A stretch of 64,000 bases of DNA. Origin: Bigelowiella natans CCMP2755 (lineage: Eukaryota; Protista; Cercozoa). A program made the translations under genes and the position numbers. Below, one piece after another: positions 1 through 10,463 of this stretch; the stretch's first letter is position 1, and each line of letters starts with the position of its first letter. The stretch spans positions 1 through 64,000 of the forward strand of contig ADNK01001574.1 of the NCBI GenBank assembly GCA_000320545.1, read 5' to 3'. The notes under the pieces are model-generated. The model was given only the letters and a program-made list of their open reading frames with translations, did no database searches and was not told the origin of the DNA.

Positions 1-2
1 GC

Positions 3-2576
3 CAATTTCAGGGCCAACACCGCGGCAGCAGTCTTGGTATACGGCTTGACGAGTGGACCTCTGAGTCAAGCGTTAATGCGTTAGAGTTTATGGACCTAGC
101 GGACAACAAGCTACCTACACCTACCGAGCTACGGAAGAAGAACCCCGGCAAGACCATCCGACAGATAACGGAGCTACTGGACAAGACCCCCCCAGCTGAT
201 GATTGGGATATCGACAAAGGCAAAAAGTACATTAATAAAATATTAAACGAGAAGTACTCTGACATCACCAAGCCGACGACGAAGCCCTCCAGCAAGCTTA
301 CCCCAGTAAAGATCGAGCTAAAGAAGGGATACGAAGAGTGCATCATCAATGACCCAGAACATAGGCGACCGGAAGCGGACTGGGAAAAGATAGAGTGGCA
401 GATCAATGAATGGGCAAAGGAAGGGAAGATAGAGCCAAGCAACTCACCATGGAACGTGAGACATGTGCTAGCTAAGAAACCTACTTACCCTTTCTTCCGC
501 CTGGCGCACAACTTCATCCGCCACAACCGAGTAATAAAGAGGATCCAGACACCTACACCAAGGATAGATGACGTTATTGAACACGTCATAGGATACAAAT
601 ACTACTCTTCCCTAGATAAAAATGAATCATACATGCAGACACCCATCCACAAAACCTCCCGCCCCATTACCGCGTTCTCCAGCAGGCACAGGAAGTGGCA
701 CTTCGTCGTATTCCCTTACGGCCTAAGCATATCAGGGGATGCGTTCAGTAGTCAGAACTACAGGGCATACACACATGATGGGATGGCGTCTGTGTTGTGG
801 GTGTTTGTGTTTGTGTATGTGGATGATGACATAATATGTACCAACACAGTCGTCGCTCAGATCTTCCTCCTGGAAAATATATTTATTAGGTTTGCACACT
901 TCGGTTTTACTATTAGACTGCAGAAGTGTACATTCCTAGCTACAAGAATCAAGTGGTGTGGATATTACCTGGAGCAAGGCCGCATCACCCCAAACCCCGA
1001 GAAAGTAGCAGCACTACAGCAAGCCCCTAAACCTAAGAATGCAAAGGAGTTAAAGTCATTCTTGCAGACTGCAGCTTGGATACTACGTAGGTTCTCCCCT
1101 ACCTACGCTAGGACTGCAGCTGCTTTTACTACTGCTTACCGGAAGGAGAACTCTGTAGGCCTCAGCTTCGCTAAGGTGTGGGCCAAGGCTGGCCTTGATG
1201 CCCACTTCGATAACCTAATAAAGTTATGCAGCAACACCCTATTGAATGCTAAGCTAGACACTACTAGACCAGCTACCCTATGGACAGACTGGTCTAAGCT
1301 AGGTATGGCTGCTGTACTTACCCAAGACCAGCAGATCATACGGGTGTGGGGCAGGGCCTGCACAGCAGCTGAGGCCAAGTACAGCCCTACAAAAGGAGAG
1401 TATAAAGCCATGACTGAGGCGCAGAGGAAACTAAGATACTACCTGCTGTCGGTGCCCAGCTTCACCTTAATGACTGACCACAAGCCCCTCCTAGGCATCG
1501 ACCGCAAGCTCGAAGCGCCTAACGATGAGTATGCAGCTATGAGGGCGGACACGGAAGAGTTTAGGGACAAGAGGACAGTGGTCTACGCACCAGGAGACAA
1601 GCAGCTTGCTGACTATTTCAGCAGGCTGTTCGAAAAGAAAGTCCCTACCCAGGTCACCCCTATGGTTAACGCGATTACCTTCGAGGACGGCGACTTCCTG
1701 CCTGAGCCAGAGGAGCTCCAGCACCTTCAAGAACACCTGGATAAATACAAACACAAGCATGAGGTACTTAGTGATAGGATATATGTATACACTAATAATG
1801 TTAGGCGTACCTACGTGCCACGGCGGACCAGGGGAGCCCTTCTCTTTACCGCCCATGGACCTGCACACGTAGGAGAAAACCATATCACTGCTCTACTCTA
1901 CCATTACTACTGGCCCTACAAGCTAAAAGAGATAAGGACATACCTGCGTGGCTGCAGGTGCTCCAGCTTGAAGGCGGCAGGCGTCGCCACCAAGGAGTCC
2001 AGCAAGAGCCGTGCATCTAAGAAAATCAAAGCAAGGAACTTCTTAGATATCGTGCAAATTGATGTTTATAAGTACGATGGCTATCATTACCTTACCTTCG
2101 TTGATGTGGCCACTGGAAAGTGCTGGGTTAAAAAGATTATCAAGGTCAACGTTGCTAAGAAGAACAAAGGCTTATATAAGCAGAGGCTTACTAACTGCTA
2201 CCGTACCTGGGAGTCTGAGCTCCAGGCTATCCCTGATGAAGTTAGCATAAACAAGATACCAAAGAAGTTACATGTGGATAATGAGACCTCTCTTCTACAG
2301 CTACCACACCCTAATATTGATGCCTCACCTGTATACTATGCCCAGTCCAACTCCAAGGTAGAGCGACTCCACCGCACCTTGGCCAACCTAAGCAGGATAA
2401 ATAGCACCACACCAGACAAGATACAAGGGTTAGTAAACGACACCTTCACGTCTGGGGGAGGTATCAAGGATAAGGAGAGGGAAGAAGGCGACGACAACGA
2501 CGACGAAGCCCTCCAGCAAGCTTACCCCAGTAAAGATCGAGCTAAAGAAGGGATACGAAGAGTGCATCATCAATGA
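3..2576 (+). CDS. pol: Gypsy Pol: reverse transcriptase, RNase H, integrase zinc-binding and core domains; stop codon lies inside a duplicated insert
   Basis: Frame is open from the window edge. RT: IEPSNSPWN, SLD, FPYGL, YVDD. RNase H: TDWS, TDHKPL, ADYFSR. Integrase: H..H/CRC zinc-binding region, IDV...VDNE...VERLHRTL. The TGA at 2574-2576 falls within the 183-bp insert. Confidence 0.93.
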   Translation, partial: QFQGQHRGSSLGIRLDEWTSESSVNALEFMDLADNKLPTPTELRKKNPGKTIRQITELLDKTPPADDWDIDKGKKYINKILNEKYSDITKPTTKPSSKLTPVKIELKKGYEECIINDPEHRRPEADWEKIEWQINEWAKEGKIEPSNSPWNVRHVLAKKPTYPFFRLAHNFIRHNRVIKRIQTPTPRIDDVIEHVIGYKYYSSLDKNESYMQTPIHKTSRPITAFSSRHRKWHFVVFPYGLSISGDAFSSQNYRAYTHDGMASVLWVFVFVYVDDDIICTNTVVAQIFLLENIFIRFAHFGFTIRLQKCTFLATRIKWCGYYLEQGRITPNPEKVAALQQAPKPKNAKELKSFLQTAAWILRRFSPTYARTAAAFTTAYRKENSVGLSFAKVWAKAGLDAHFDNLIKLCSNTLLNAKLDTTRPATLWTDWSKLGMAAVLTQDQQIIRVWGRACTAAEAKYSPTKGEYKAMTEAQRKLRYYLLSVPSFTLMTDHKPLLGIDRKLEAPNDEYAAMRADTEEFRDKRTVVYAPGDKQLADYFSRLFEKKVPTQVTPMVNAITFEDGDFLPEPEELQHLQEHLDKYKHKHEVLSDRIYVYTNNVRRTYVPRRTRGALLFTAHGPAHVGENHITALLYHYYWPYKLKEIRTYLRGCRCSSLKAAGVATKESSKSRASKKIKARNFLDIVQIDVYKYDGYHYLTFVDVATGKCWVKKIIKVNVAKKNKGLYKQRLTNCYRTWESELQAIPDEVSINKIPKKLHVDNETSLLQLPHPNIDASPVYYAQSNSKVERLHRTLANLSRINSTTPDKIQGLVNDTFTSGGGIKDKEREEGDDNDDEALQQAYPSKDRAKEGIRRVHHQ
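274..456 (+). repeat. 183-bp exact direct repeat, copy 1 (native position, start of RT)
   Basis: Identical by eye to 2498..2680 (offset 2224). Confidence 0.95.
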
Positions 2577-2680
2577 CCCAGAACATAGGCGACCGGAAGC
2601 GGACTGGGAAAAGATAGAGTGGCAGATCAATGAATGGGCAAAGGAAGGGAAGATAGAGCCAAGCAACTCACCATGGAACG
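2498..2680 (+). repeat. 183-bp exact direct repeat, copy 2 (ectopic insert in integrase)
   Basis: Identical to 274..456 but read in a different frame. Removing it fuses the two Pol ORFs in frame (...EEGDDN-EDEKVPYDGR...). Confidence 0.95.
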
Positions 2681-3290
2681 CGAAGACGAGAAGGTCCCGT
2701 ACGATGGCCGAGTTCTAAAGGAAGGACAGTATGTTAGGGCCAAGGTAAATCTGAGATCGAGAAATAAACAAGACCCCTTCTGGGGTGGCGTTGCAAAGGT
2801 TACCGAGAGGAAGGGGAGGAAGCAGTACTACATCTATGATGGGAACAGGGTCACCTTGCGCCACATCAGTCACCTAAAGAATTATGATATCGGTGAGAAG
2901 CTCCTAGAGGATGTTAAAGTAAACCCTACTGTGTGGGAGCGAGCAATGCCTTGTTTAGGACCCCGACCTAAGTTCGATGTGGAATATGGAAACAATAAGG
3001 TCAGGGTGAACGACGATTGGCGCATGAAGATTGTCTATCTAGGCTACCCTGGATTACGAAATATGGAGAGGGTAGCTATGAAAATAAAGGACGGAAAATA
3101 TCAGCTACTCTACCTAGCTGTTCCCGACTTACCCTTTGAGCACTGGTATAAGGTCCTGGGGGACCTTGATGCAGAGGGCTGGTATGGACACGAACCTAAG
3201 GACGAAGGTGAGTTCTGGGTAAGCGACAAAGGAGATAAGGTTAGAGAGGAATCTATTACCTGGTGGTTGGTGAAGTTCCGAAAGCGATGA
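2634..3290 (+). CDS. Pol C-terminal segment: integrase SH3-like tail plus degenerate Dam-like adenine methyltransferase-like domain
   Basis: Same frame as 3..2576. GQYVRAK...PFWGG..V....Y......H.SHLKNY fits the Gypsy integrase C-terminal SH3-like region. NPTVWERAMPCLGPRPKFDV...W...VYLGYP...RVAMKI...LLYLAVP.LP...WY..L follows the pattern I recall for the DIRS-type Dam-like domain. Confidence 0.7.
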   Translation: MGKGREDRAKQLTMEREDEKVPYDGRVLKEGQYVRAKVNLRSRNKQDPFWGGVAKVTERKGRKQYYIYDGNRVTLRHISHLKNYDIGEKLLEDVKVNPTVWERAMPCLGPRPKFDVEYGNNKVRVNDDWRMKIVYLGYPGLRNMERVAMKIKDGKYQLLYLAVPDLPFEHWYKVLGDLDAEGWYGHEPKDEGEFWVSDKGDKVREESITWWLVKFRKR

Positions 3291-3333
3291 AGGTCTAAGG
3301 GAATAAGGAAGGAAGGAAGGAGCAACGTGACTT

Positions 3334-3341
3334 GGGGGAGG
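3334..3341 (+). other. Polypurine tract of the retrotransposon
   Basis: GGGGGAGG lies immediately 5' of the LTR-start TGTAG and is preceded by a longer purine-rich run (about 3299-3322). Confidence 0.85.
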
Positions 3342-3667
3342 TGTAGCGCGTACCACTACGCGGGCACAAGTCACGTGCGACAACAAAGGGGTTGTCGCGG
3401 ATATAGAATATAGATAACGTAGATATTAATACAGCATAGGCACGTGGGTTCCGGCGGGACTCATGGCAGCACACCGGAAGTGTGCTGCCCCACGTGCGGC
3501 GGCATTCGCGAAAGCTTCGCGAATGATTACGCAGTGCACGATTTAATAAAAATATAATCTTTAATAAAAATAAACACAACTCTTCAAAAGGAAGCAAACG
3601 TGCCTTTCCCCCCCCCTGCCTACTTGTGCACGTAGCGCCTCGGCCTGTGAACACCTTACGCGCAACA
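3342..3667 (+). repeat. 3' LTR (326 bp)
   Basis: Starts TGTAGCGCGTA and ends TACGCGCAACA (11-bp inverted repeat, 1 mismatch). Two AATAAA near 3545 and 3562. The downstream GATTC is the candidate target-site duplication. Confidence 0.85.
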
Positions 3668-4217
3668 GATTCTAACATTGCTGGCAAGCTGAAATAGATA
3701 TATGACGTCGTTGACTTAATATTTATGCATTGCTGAACATCAAACAGAAAATCATGAAATAACCAATACAAACTATTCAGGCTGTTGGCGATCTTGAAAG
3801 TTCGTCAAAAGCCCATATCCTGTATTCTTCTGAAAGGCAGTCATATACTGATTACCGAGCTGACGACTTCCAATGTGATAGAGAACTTCAAATGCATAGG
3901 CATTCACAGCGTCGACACATTGAGCTCCTACAACCTCAACCCTCAAAAGAAGACTATCGATCGAATAGATTTTTTATTAAAGCTCGACGCAGCAGCTATC
4001 CTGGCCTCGTAGGAAGGGAATTGAAAAATTTTCAAGATCAATTCCGATCTTTAAACATCCAGCAACACGGTAATTACATTTTGGAACAAAATATTCCATT
4101 CAATTACTGACAACTTATCTCACAACAGATCGAAACAATAATGATAGCTACTTTTCAAATGCTTCGATCAGCAACGTTGGGAATTACAATTATCAATCTC
4201 CTTACAGACCTGCAACT

Positions 4218-7008
4218 TTGGGAAACGTAAAGAAGCCTGAAGTGTTACCAAATGAGGATTTTGGAGCGTTATCCTTAAGAAATAACGTACTCTCAAGTCG
4301 GGGATCCTTCTCATATCTGCCTAGCAATTCTAATGATCTAAGGAGTACTTTCATTCTGGATAAGTCAATGAAAAAACGTGATGAAAACAATCAGCATTAC
4401 ATCACTTCCCCGATTTCCAAGCATTCTACCCATTGTGCTAGATCACCAAGTGCGAAAGATGCGTCAAAAACCGCGCCTTCAATTTCGGGTTTCTCCTCAT
4501 TTCCTAACTTAGTTGCTCCTTCGACATTTAGAAGGAGAATAATGGGTCTCAGGAGCCAAAATATGATACGAATGCATAGCTCAGAAAAAAAAGTTTTAGA
4601 TCATCGATTAGATCTGCAATTGGAGCATATTCTGAGCAGCAGTTCGAGGTTAGATCAGATAATAGTACAAAAATTAGATATGGTTTCGCCTAGTCGAGCA
4701 CGTGAGCAGCAGCGAACCGGTGCTGTAAAATGTATACATGAGCTTATAAAGCGCCATTCAAGAGGCCAAGGGCATCGAAGTCGTAACGGTAATGTGCAGG
4801 TTTATTCACACGGTTCATATGCTTCGAAAACATACTTACCAGATTCCACAGTAGATGTTGCTGCATATTTTGTCACAAAGTTCGATAAAAAAAGAGGCGA
4901 ATACAAGAAGAATTTTTGGGCACAGCAAGTAGCTCAAGCATTGGCTTCCTATCAGCAGGGTGATAGTAGTTTCTCTAGTAATGGCCGGCCAGCCAATGCC
5001 CATGTTACAAATGTTAGTGTTTCTCAAGATCCGATCTTCAACACACAGCTGTTGCACTGTGTGGTGGATGGGATCTCAATTCGTGTATGCTTAAACCGAG
5101 TTGATGTTCTGGAATCTCTAGCATTATTTGAGACTGCGGATAGATTGATCTCGCAAAATCATCTTTTAAAACGGACACTGTTATTGTTCAAAGCTTGGGC
5201 AAAGTATCAGGCACGCATTATGGGACCTGATATGCTTTCCGGTTTTGCAATCGAGAGAATTGTTCTGACAGGTACTCGATAAATGCAAAAAGTAACAAAA
5301 CCAAAATCTTGATAAAATTATTTTGCGTACAGTTTTCAATGGATTTCATGAGAAGATAAAGACTCCTCTTCAAGCTTTCTTCAAAATACTTTCATACTTA
5401 GACGCGTTTGACTGGCAATGGCACGCGCTAAGTTTGTATGGTCCAGTTGTGCTGTCATCTCTTCCCTCAAGTACAGTACTTGCACATCGCAGTACCTGTT
5501 CATTTCCCAGAGAAAATTCACCAATCATCGGAAAAAAAATACTCTCGAAATACACTTTCACTGCTCCTAAATTAATTACCTCTATGGCCAAAGTGAAGCA
5601 AGATACTCAAGGACAAAATAGGGGACTGGAACTCGGGCCAATGAACATCATCCTACAAACAGCTGATGGGAAAATGTATAACAATTTAACCCTGGATATT
5701 AGTAGAGAAAGCGCCAGTTACATATTACGTCAAATTCACGACGGAGTTCAAAATTTTCGAACTGCAATACCTATAGAGGCATTACTAGCTCTAGACACTA
5801 ATAAGCATAGCCAGCACAGTGAAAACTTTATTCATGCAATCGAGGCTTTCTTTGGGGGTAACAATCAAATGAGTATCGCTATGCATGTGCAAAATCCTTT
5901 AAACGAAGCAGACATTAGGAGAGATTCGATTATGTCAGAGCCCAACTCTTTATTTCTTGCTGGATCATCTCGCAGAGGCAGTATTCTATCTTTGAGTTCC
6001 CTTAACACATTAGCTGCTACTACAGTAACATCGAACTCGAAGGAAGATTCTGCAGCCTCAAGCGAGGACTTAATTTCTGATTTTAGTAGTGAACGTGAGA
6101 AGAAAGGTGAAACATTATCCTCATGCCTTCCAGAAAGGGAAGCTGAAGTTCAGATGGTTGGAGGTGCATCCCCGGTGAGTAGGACTCGATGGGGAATAAA
6201 TTCCAGACGAAGAGAGGTACAGCCAAAACAGCTGATTGCTGATGCTTGGAGATGTGGATCCGTGCCAGCAGAGACAACACTGTTATCGCAGAAAAGCGGT
6301 GCTAAAACATTGAACCAGATTACAAATACTGATTTGCTTGCTACTTCGATAGAAGATATCCTACAGAAGCTAGCGCATGCTAAACAGTTTCAAAGTCCCA
6401 TTGACATTACCGAGACGCAACTCGTTGCCATCATCGCGGTCGTATTAGATCGTCATGGCAAATTGCCCATCGGAGCTCTGGGACGTATGATCCGTACAGC
6501 GATAAACTCGTTCTCGCTTCCTCAAGTAATCCAGGATTGCGGTGGAATCAAAGCGTTTTTAATAGAGCACAACTACGCTTTTACATTAGGTGAAAATCAT
6601 CCGAACAATCCTCTAGTTCATTTAAAAAAGTCGTCGGGAGCATCTCGCGGAGGAAAAGCAACTGCCTCCGCCGACCCTTTGATGATAGACATGGTGAAGA
6701 GGGTGGTCGCCCAAACAGGGGGTACTATGCCTTTGCCTCAAAATAATGGGGGTGGGAGTCACACGTATACACATCAATCGTACGGTGTTAACAATAATGG
6801 ACGGAGAAGAAGTGGCGGCTGTGGTGGCCTGAAACGAAATCAAGCTATAGGTGGATACCGATCAAGGTCAGTACGGTCTTGGACATCTGGTGGCTCCACT
6901 AGAGGGCCATCTGGATCCAACCAGAGTCATTATTATGGTCGACATACAAGTATCAGTAATAATGTTACATCCCGAACAACTAGAAACAGAAATAATCGAA
7001 ACTTTTAA
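4218..7008 (+). CDS. Pol-beta-superfamily nucleotidyltransferase-like protein (PAP/OAS1 substrate-binding type), probably catalytically degenerate, with C-terminal OST-HTH-like domain; one intron 5272-5332
   Basis: GSYASKTYLPDSTVD, HLLKRTLLLFKAWAKYQARIMG and FDWQWHALSLYGPVVLSSLP match the plant-type NTase family. The 61-bp GT-AG intron joins the two ORFs in frame (LTV-FNG). True start is uncertain because 4218 is a TTG. Confidence 0.85.
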
Positions 7009-7249
7009 TGCACGCATGGCGTCGCAGGTCATAGGTACTATCAAGCAATCCATAAAACTAAAAAACATTTGGTATCTTTTAGAATATATACTTATACCTT
7101 AATCGAATGCCTTCCAAAGACATTGCTAGGCGTAATGTTATAAAACTCTTTAATTTAACATAGAACTGATTCTGTTACAAAAGGATTTTAGGAAAACTTG
7201 TGAACTGATTGCATTTTTGCTCACCTTGTGTTCATGTGCACCACACCTT

Positions 7250-8300
7250 TATTTTGCTCCTTGTGGCCGTTGAGATGATGCATGCTTCGTGCAGCAACAC
7301 TAGAACATGTGCTACTAGACTAGCTAGCTAGGTAAACATCTAGATGTCTAGATGTGCACTAGTAGATCTAGAGATAGATCTCTCTGATGTCTAGATCCAT
7401 CTAGCTAGCTAGCCATCTAGCTATCTGTGGCCATGTCACATGTAGTACATGTGTGTCAGTACATGTCCACAATGAGCATCCGCTAATTCGCATCACATTC
7501 ATGCACATGGCTAGATGGGTGCAAACACAATTCTCTTCTTTGCCTCGTCTTCGCGAGGGTGTTGTCAATCTGAGTGTCTGTTCAGCTAGTTTGCTAGCGT
7601 TGCGCAGTTTGGTGGCTTCTGATCAATCTCACGGTGTTGTGATGTCGCCTCCATTTGCATTCAATTCTCACTGTGAATGCTAGTCGTACAAGTGCGAAAT
7701 GCACTGACTGGCGACTGCAAGGATTGAGAGCTTGTAGCAGCTTGTCTTTAGGAAATTGCATCATGATGTGTTCGGTTGATTGTCAATTTGCCCTGCAATG
7801 TCTGAGCACATTGTTTCACCACAAGCTGCATGATGACAAATTCACACAGGATGGCATGTCATCATGAGATGTGCTGATGAGGCGTTCAAGTTCCAATGCA
7901 TGACGGTAGCCGCTGCTTTGTGTGGCTACATCAGGATGACCATTGAAAAGATTCAATCAATGCCATTGCATCCGTCTCACATGTGCTGTGCATGCTGCTA
8001 GCCTTTGCCTTGCATGTGGCCATCTGTCCATGTGGCGTACGCTCCATGGCCTTGCACATCATAGCGCTAGCAAGCACTAGCTGCTAGATCATTTGATTTT
8101 AGCTGCGAACAAGTTTGCTTACACTGGCATCATGTGCATAGCCTCATGGGCTACAGAGCGCGCCGAGTCAAAAGCACACATGTTCCCTGAGACACATGTG
8201 GTAGACATGCTGGTGTGTGTCTTTGTAGCAAGTCACCTCGTACAGGAGATCGCTCTCTGAGGAAAAACTCATGATTTGCAGGAACATTTTTGCAAGTGAG
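7250..8300. other. CTAG/CATG/TGCA-rich intergenic tract (first of eight similar tracts)
   Basis: 14 CTAG and no CG counted in 7300-7420. Similar tracts lie at about 9500-10150, 13200-13650, 22600-23000, 36600-37200, 39450-40300, 48650-49600 and 58600-59350. Confidence 0.8.
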
Positions 8301-8570
8301 TTTTTGTTGCATCAATGAAGTTTGATTCAATTCACACAGTAATCAATCAAGTTCGGGAGCAACAATGGAGAGTAGCAGTTCTCTTCATTGTCCAAATTTG
8401 TCAATGAACTGCCGACACTGTTGATCTGTTTTCTGTTCTCTTTCTTTTGCACGGAAGCGTGCAACGATTTAACATGACAAATGCACTTTCGTGTATCAAC
8501 AAAGATAAGTATAGATCTCAAAAGCATAGAGTGATGAAGCAAATTCGATGCTTGGAAATCATGCAAAAAA

Positions 8571-9122
8571 TCATTCATAGAATGCTGCATCTGAAGGTAT
8601 GCTGTCGAGCAATTCTGCTGGTAACTTTTTTTTGCTTAGAATTAAATCTGTGTAAGTAAAATTCTTGTTGAATTTCACATATTTATAGCTGTTATTGATA
8701 ATTATCCTAGCGTATGGTTTTTTCCTTTTTGTGCATAATCTTAACATAATTCCAAATTCAGTATCACATCCACTCCCCACAGTTTGTGAAAGTGTGTCAC
8801 TTGGACTTAAAAATTTACCACAATATTGTAAAAGTATATGAAAATGTTTCAAAAATTGTTTTTCATAACGCATTCTATCTATGAAAGTTGACACTTTATT
8901 ATCTTCTGGACTAACATTATGAAATTCAAAATGATCATGAACCCCTTTAATGATTATTGTTTTTTTCCCACTTTTCAGTTTGGGTTCCTTGTTTTTGACT
9001 TCCCCCGTTCGCTCTTCAGGGGTGGGTTTCTTCGCGTATCCAATTTCACTGGTTTCACTTCCTCCAGAGGCTTCTGTTGCCACCATATTTTCCGGTTTAT
9101 CTCCTACCTCCTTGTTTTCCAT
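8571..9122 (-). CDS. Intronless orphan ORF, 183 aa; acidic/charged N-terminus and AT-rich C-terminal half
   Basis: ATG-initiated 552-bp open frame with protein-like composition; no family recognised. Confidence 0.45.
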   Translation of the reverse strand: MENKEVGDKPENMVATEASGGSETSEIGYAKKPTPEERTGEVKNKEPKLKSGKKTIIIKGVHDHFEFHNVSPEDNKVSTFIDRMRYEKQFLKHFHILLQYCGKFLSPSDTLSQTVGSGCDTEFGIMLRLCTKRKKPYARIIINNSYKYVKFNKNFTYTDLILSKKKLPAELLDSIPSDAAFYE

Positions 9123-10463
9123 GATGGTGGTTTGGTTAGAGGAGGTTTTGAGTAATGACAGTGTTCTGAAAACCTGGTGTATCTACATGTAGATCTACCA
9201 TTCCAAGGTATAATCTACAGAGCAATGATCGGTAACTGCATGATGGTTTTCATCGAAAATAACATCATTTTTTATTTGCGACATAGATATCACCTTGTCT
9301 GTCATACACAAACGGCTTAACAGAAACCGCAATGGATTCAATGTGAGATTTTAGGGTTGTCGCTCGGTGTGAACCCCCCTCCTTTTGTGTCTCTCAATAG
9401 TTGCACCAGTGCAATGACTGGAACGACTTCGGAAGGACGTGGGCTGCAAGGTGGGCTGTGAAACACACTCAGTTCAACAACACAAATTGTTTCACCTGCC
9501 CAACTGCGCCTTGTGTCACATGCAAACAAGCATGTCTGATTTGCCAGACAGCATGCGCACTTGCATGAGCTCTCAGCGGGCCATCGCTGCTTGCTAGCTT
9601 GCACGCCAAGGGGGATTCACTCCCAAGGGTTTTGGTCCGTACATGCATCATGCTCGGCGGTTTTGCCCCGGCGTCAGCCGGGAAAATTTTTTCGATTTCA
9701 CCCAAAAAAATGCAAATTTTGTTCAAATTCCTCAATGTTTTCTTCAAAAACCATCCACAAAGTGTCCAGTGAAATTGCCCAAGATGCACATTGGCGGAAC
9801 TCTTGGCATCGAGTCACTGGGATGTCTCAGATGTGCCCAACCCACTTCCCTGGCGCATGCAGATTTGATCAATGCTTTGTTCATCATTCATTGTTCATCA
9901 TTCCCGCCCTTCCCATCGATGTGTGCACCAGCGTGTGTGACTGAATCTGAGCAATGACGCGCAGCACTCGCTCTTTCTTTCTTCAATGTGAACATCAACA
10001 CAGTTGGCTTCTGGTTTGCTGGTACACCAGCGCAAGCTGGGAAACCTGAAAGCTACCAAGAGAGATTGGACACTGCTAGACTGCGAACTTGGTTGTCCAC
10101 ACAGTCACCAGCTCAATGGGAATCTCTCTCATTTAGCTGTGCTAGCATGCCAGCATTGTCCATGCTCTTTGGATGCCCATCAAATTTGACATGACAAAAC
10201 AGACGCATCGCTTCCGCCCTAGAAGCATTTCCCCATGTTGCTGAGATGCGTTCAAACACTGCATCTTTTGAAATCACTAGAACCTCAATTTGCTCACTCT
10301 TCGCATTGGTTGTTTTGCGTTCATTTAACTCTAGAAGACAAGGCTGAAACTCATTCAAATTGGAATTCATCGATTTTAATTCATGCATCCTGCGCTCAAT
10401 GATCTAGTAATGTTCAAGGAGCAACTTCATTGACGGACTCAGCTGAGCAAAAGATGATCTTTG

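Larger units (their letters stand above)
1..3667 (+). mobile_element. Ty3/Gypsy LTR retrotransposon, 3' part (5' part lies outside the window)
   Basis: Pol domain order is RT-RNaseH-integrase (Gypsy order). It is followed by a polypurine tract and an LTR bounded by TG...CA with an 11-bp near-perfect terminal inverted repeat. Confidence 0.95.

Noticed and set aside
8-442. Two minus-strand ORFs with identical N-termini (8..442 and 2430..2666)
   Set aside because: They are antisense shadows of the 183-bp duplication inside pol and show no independent protein signal.
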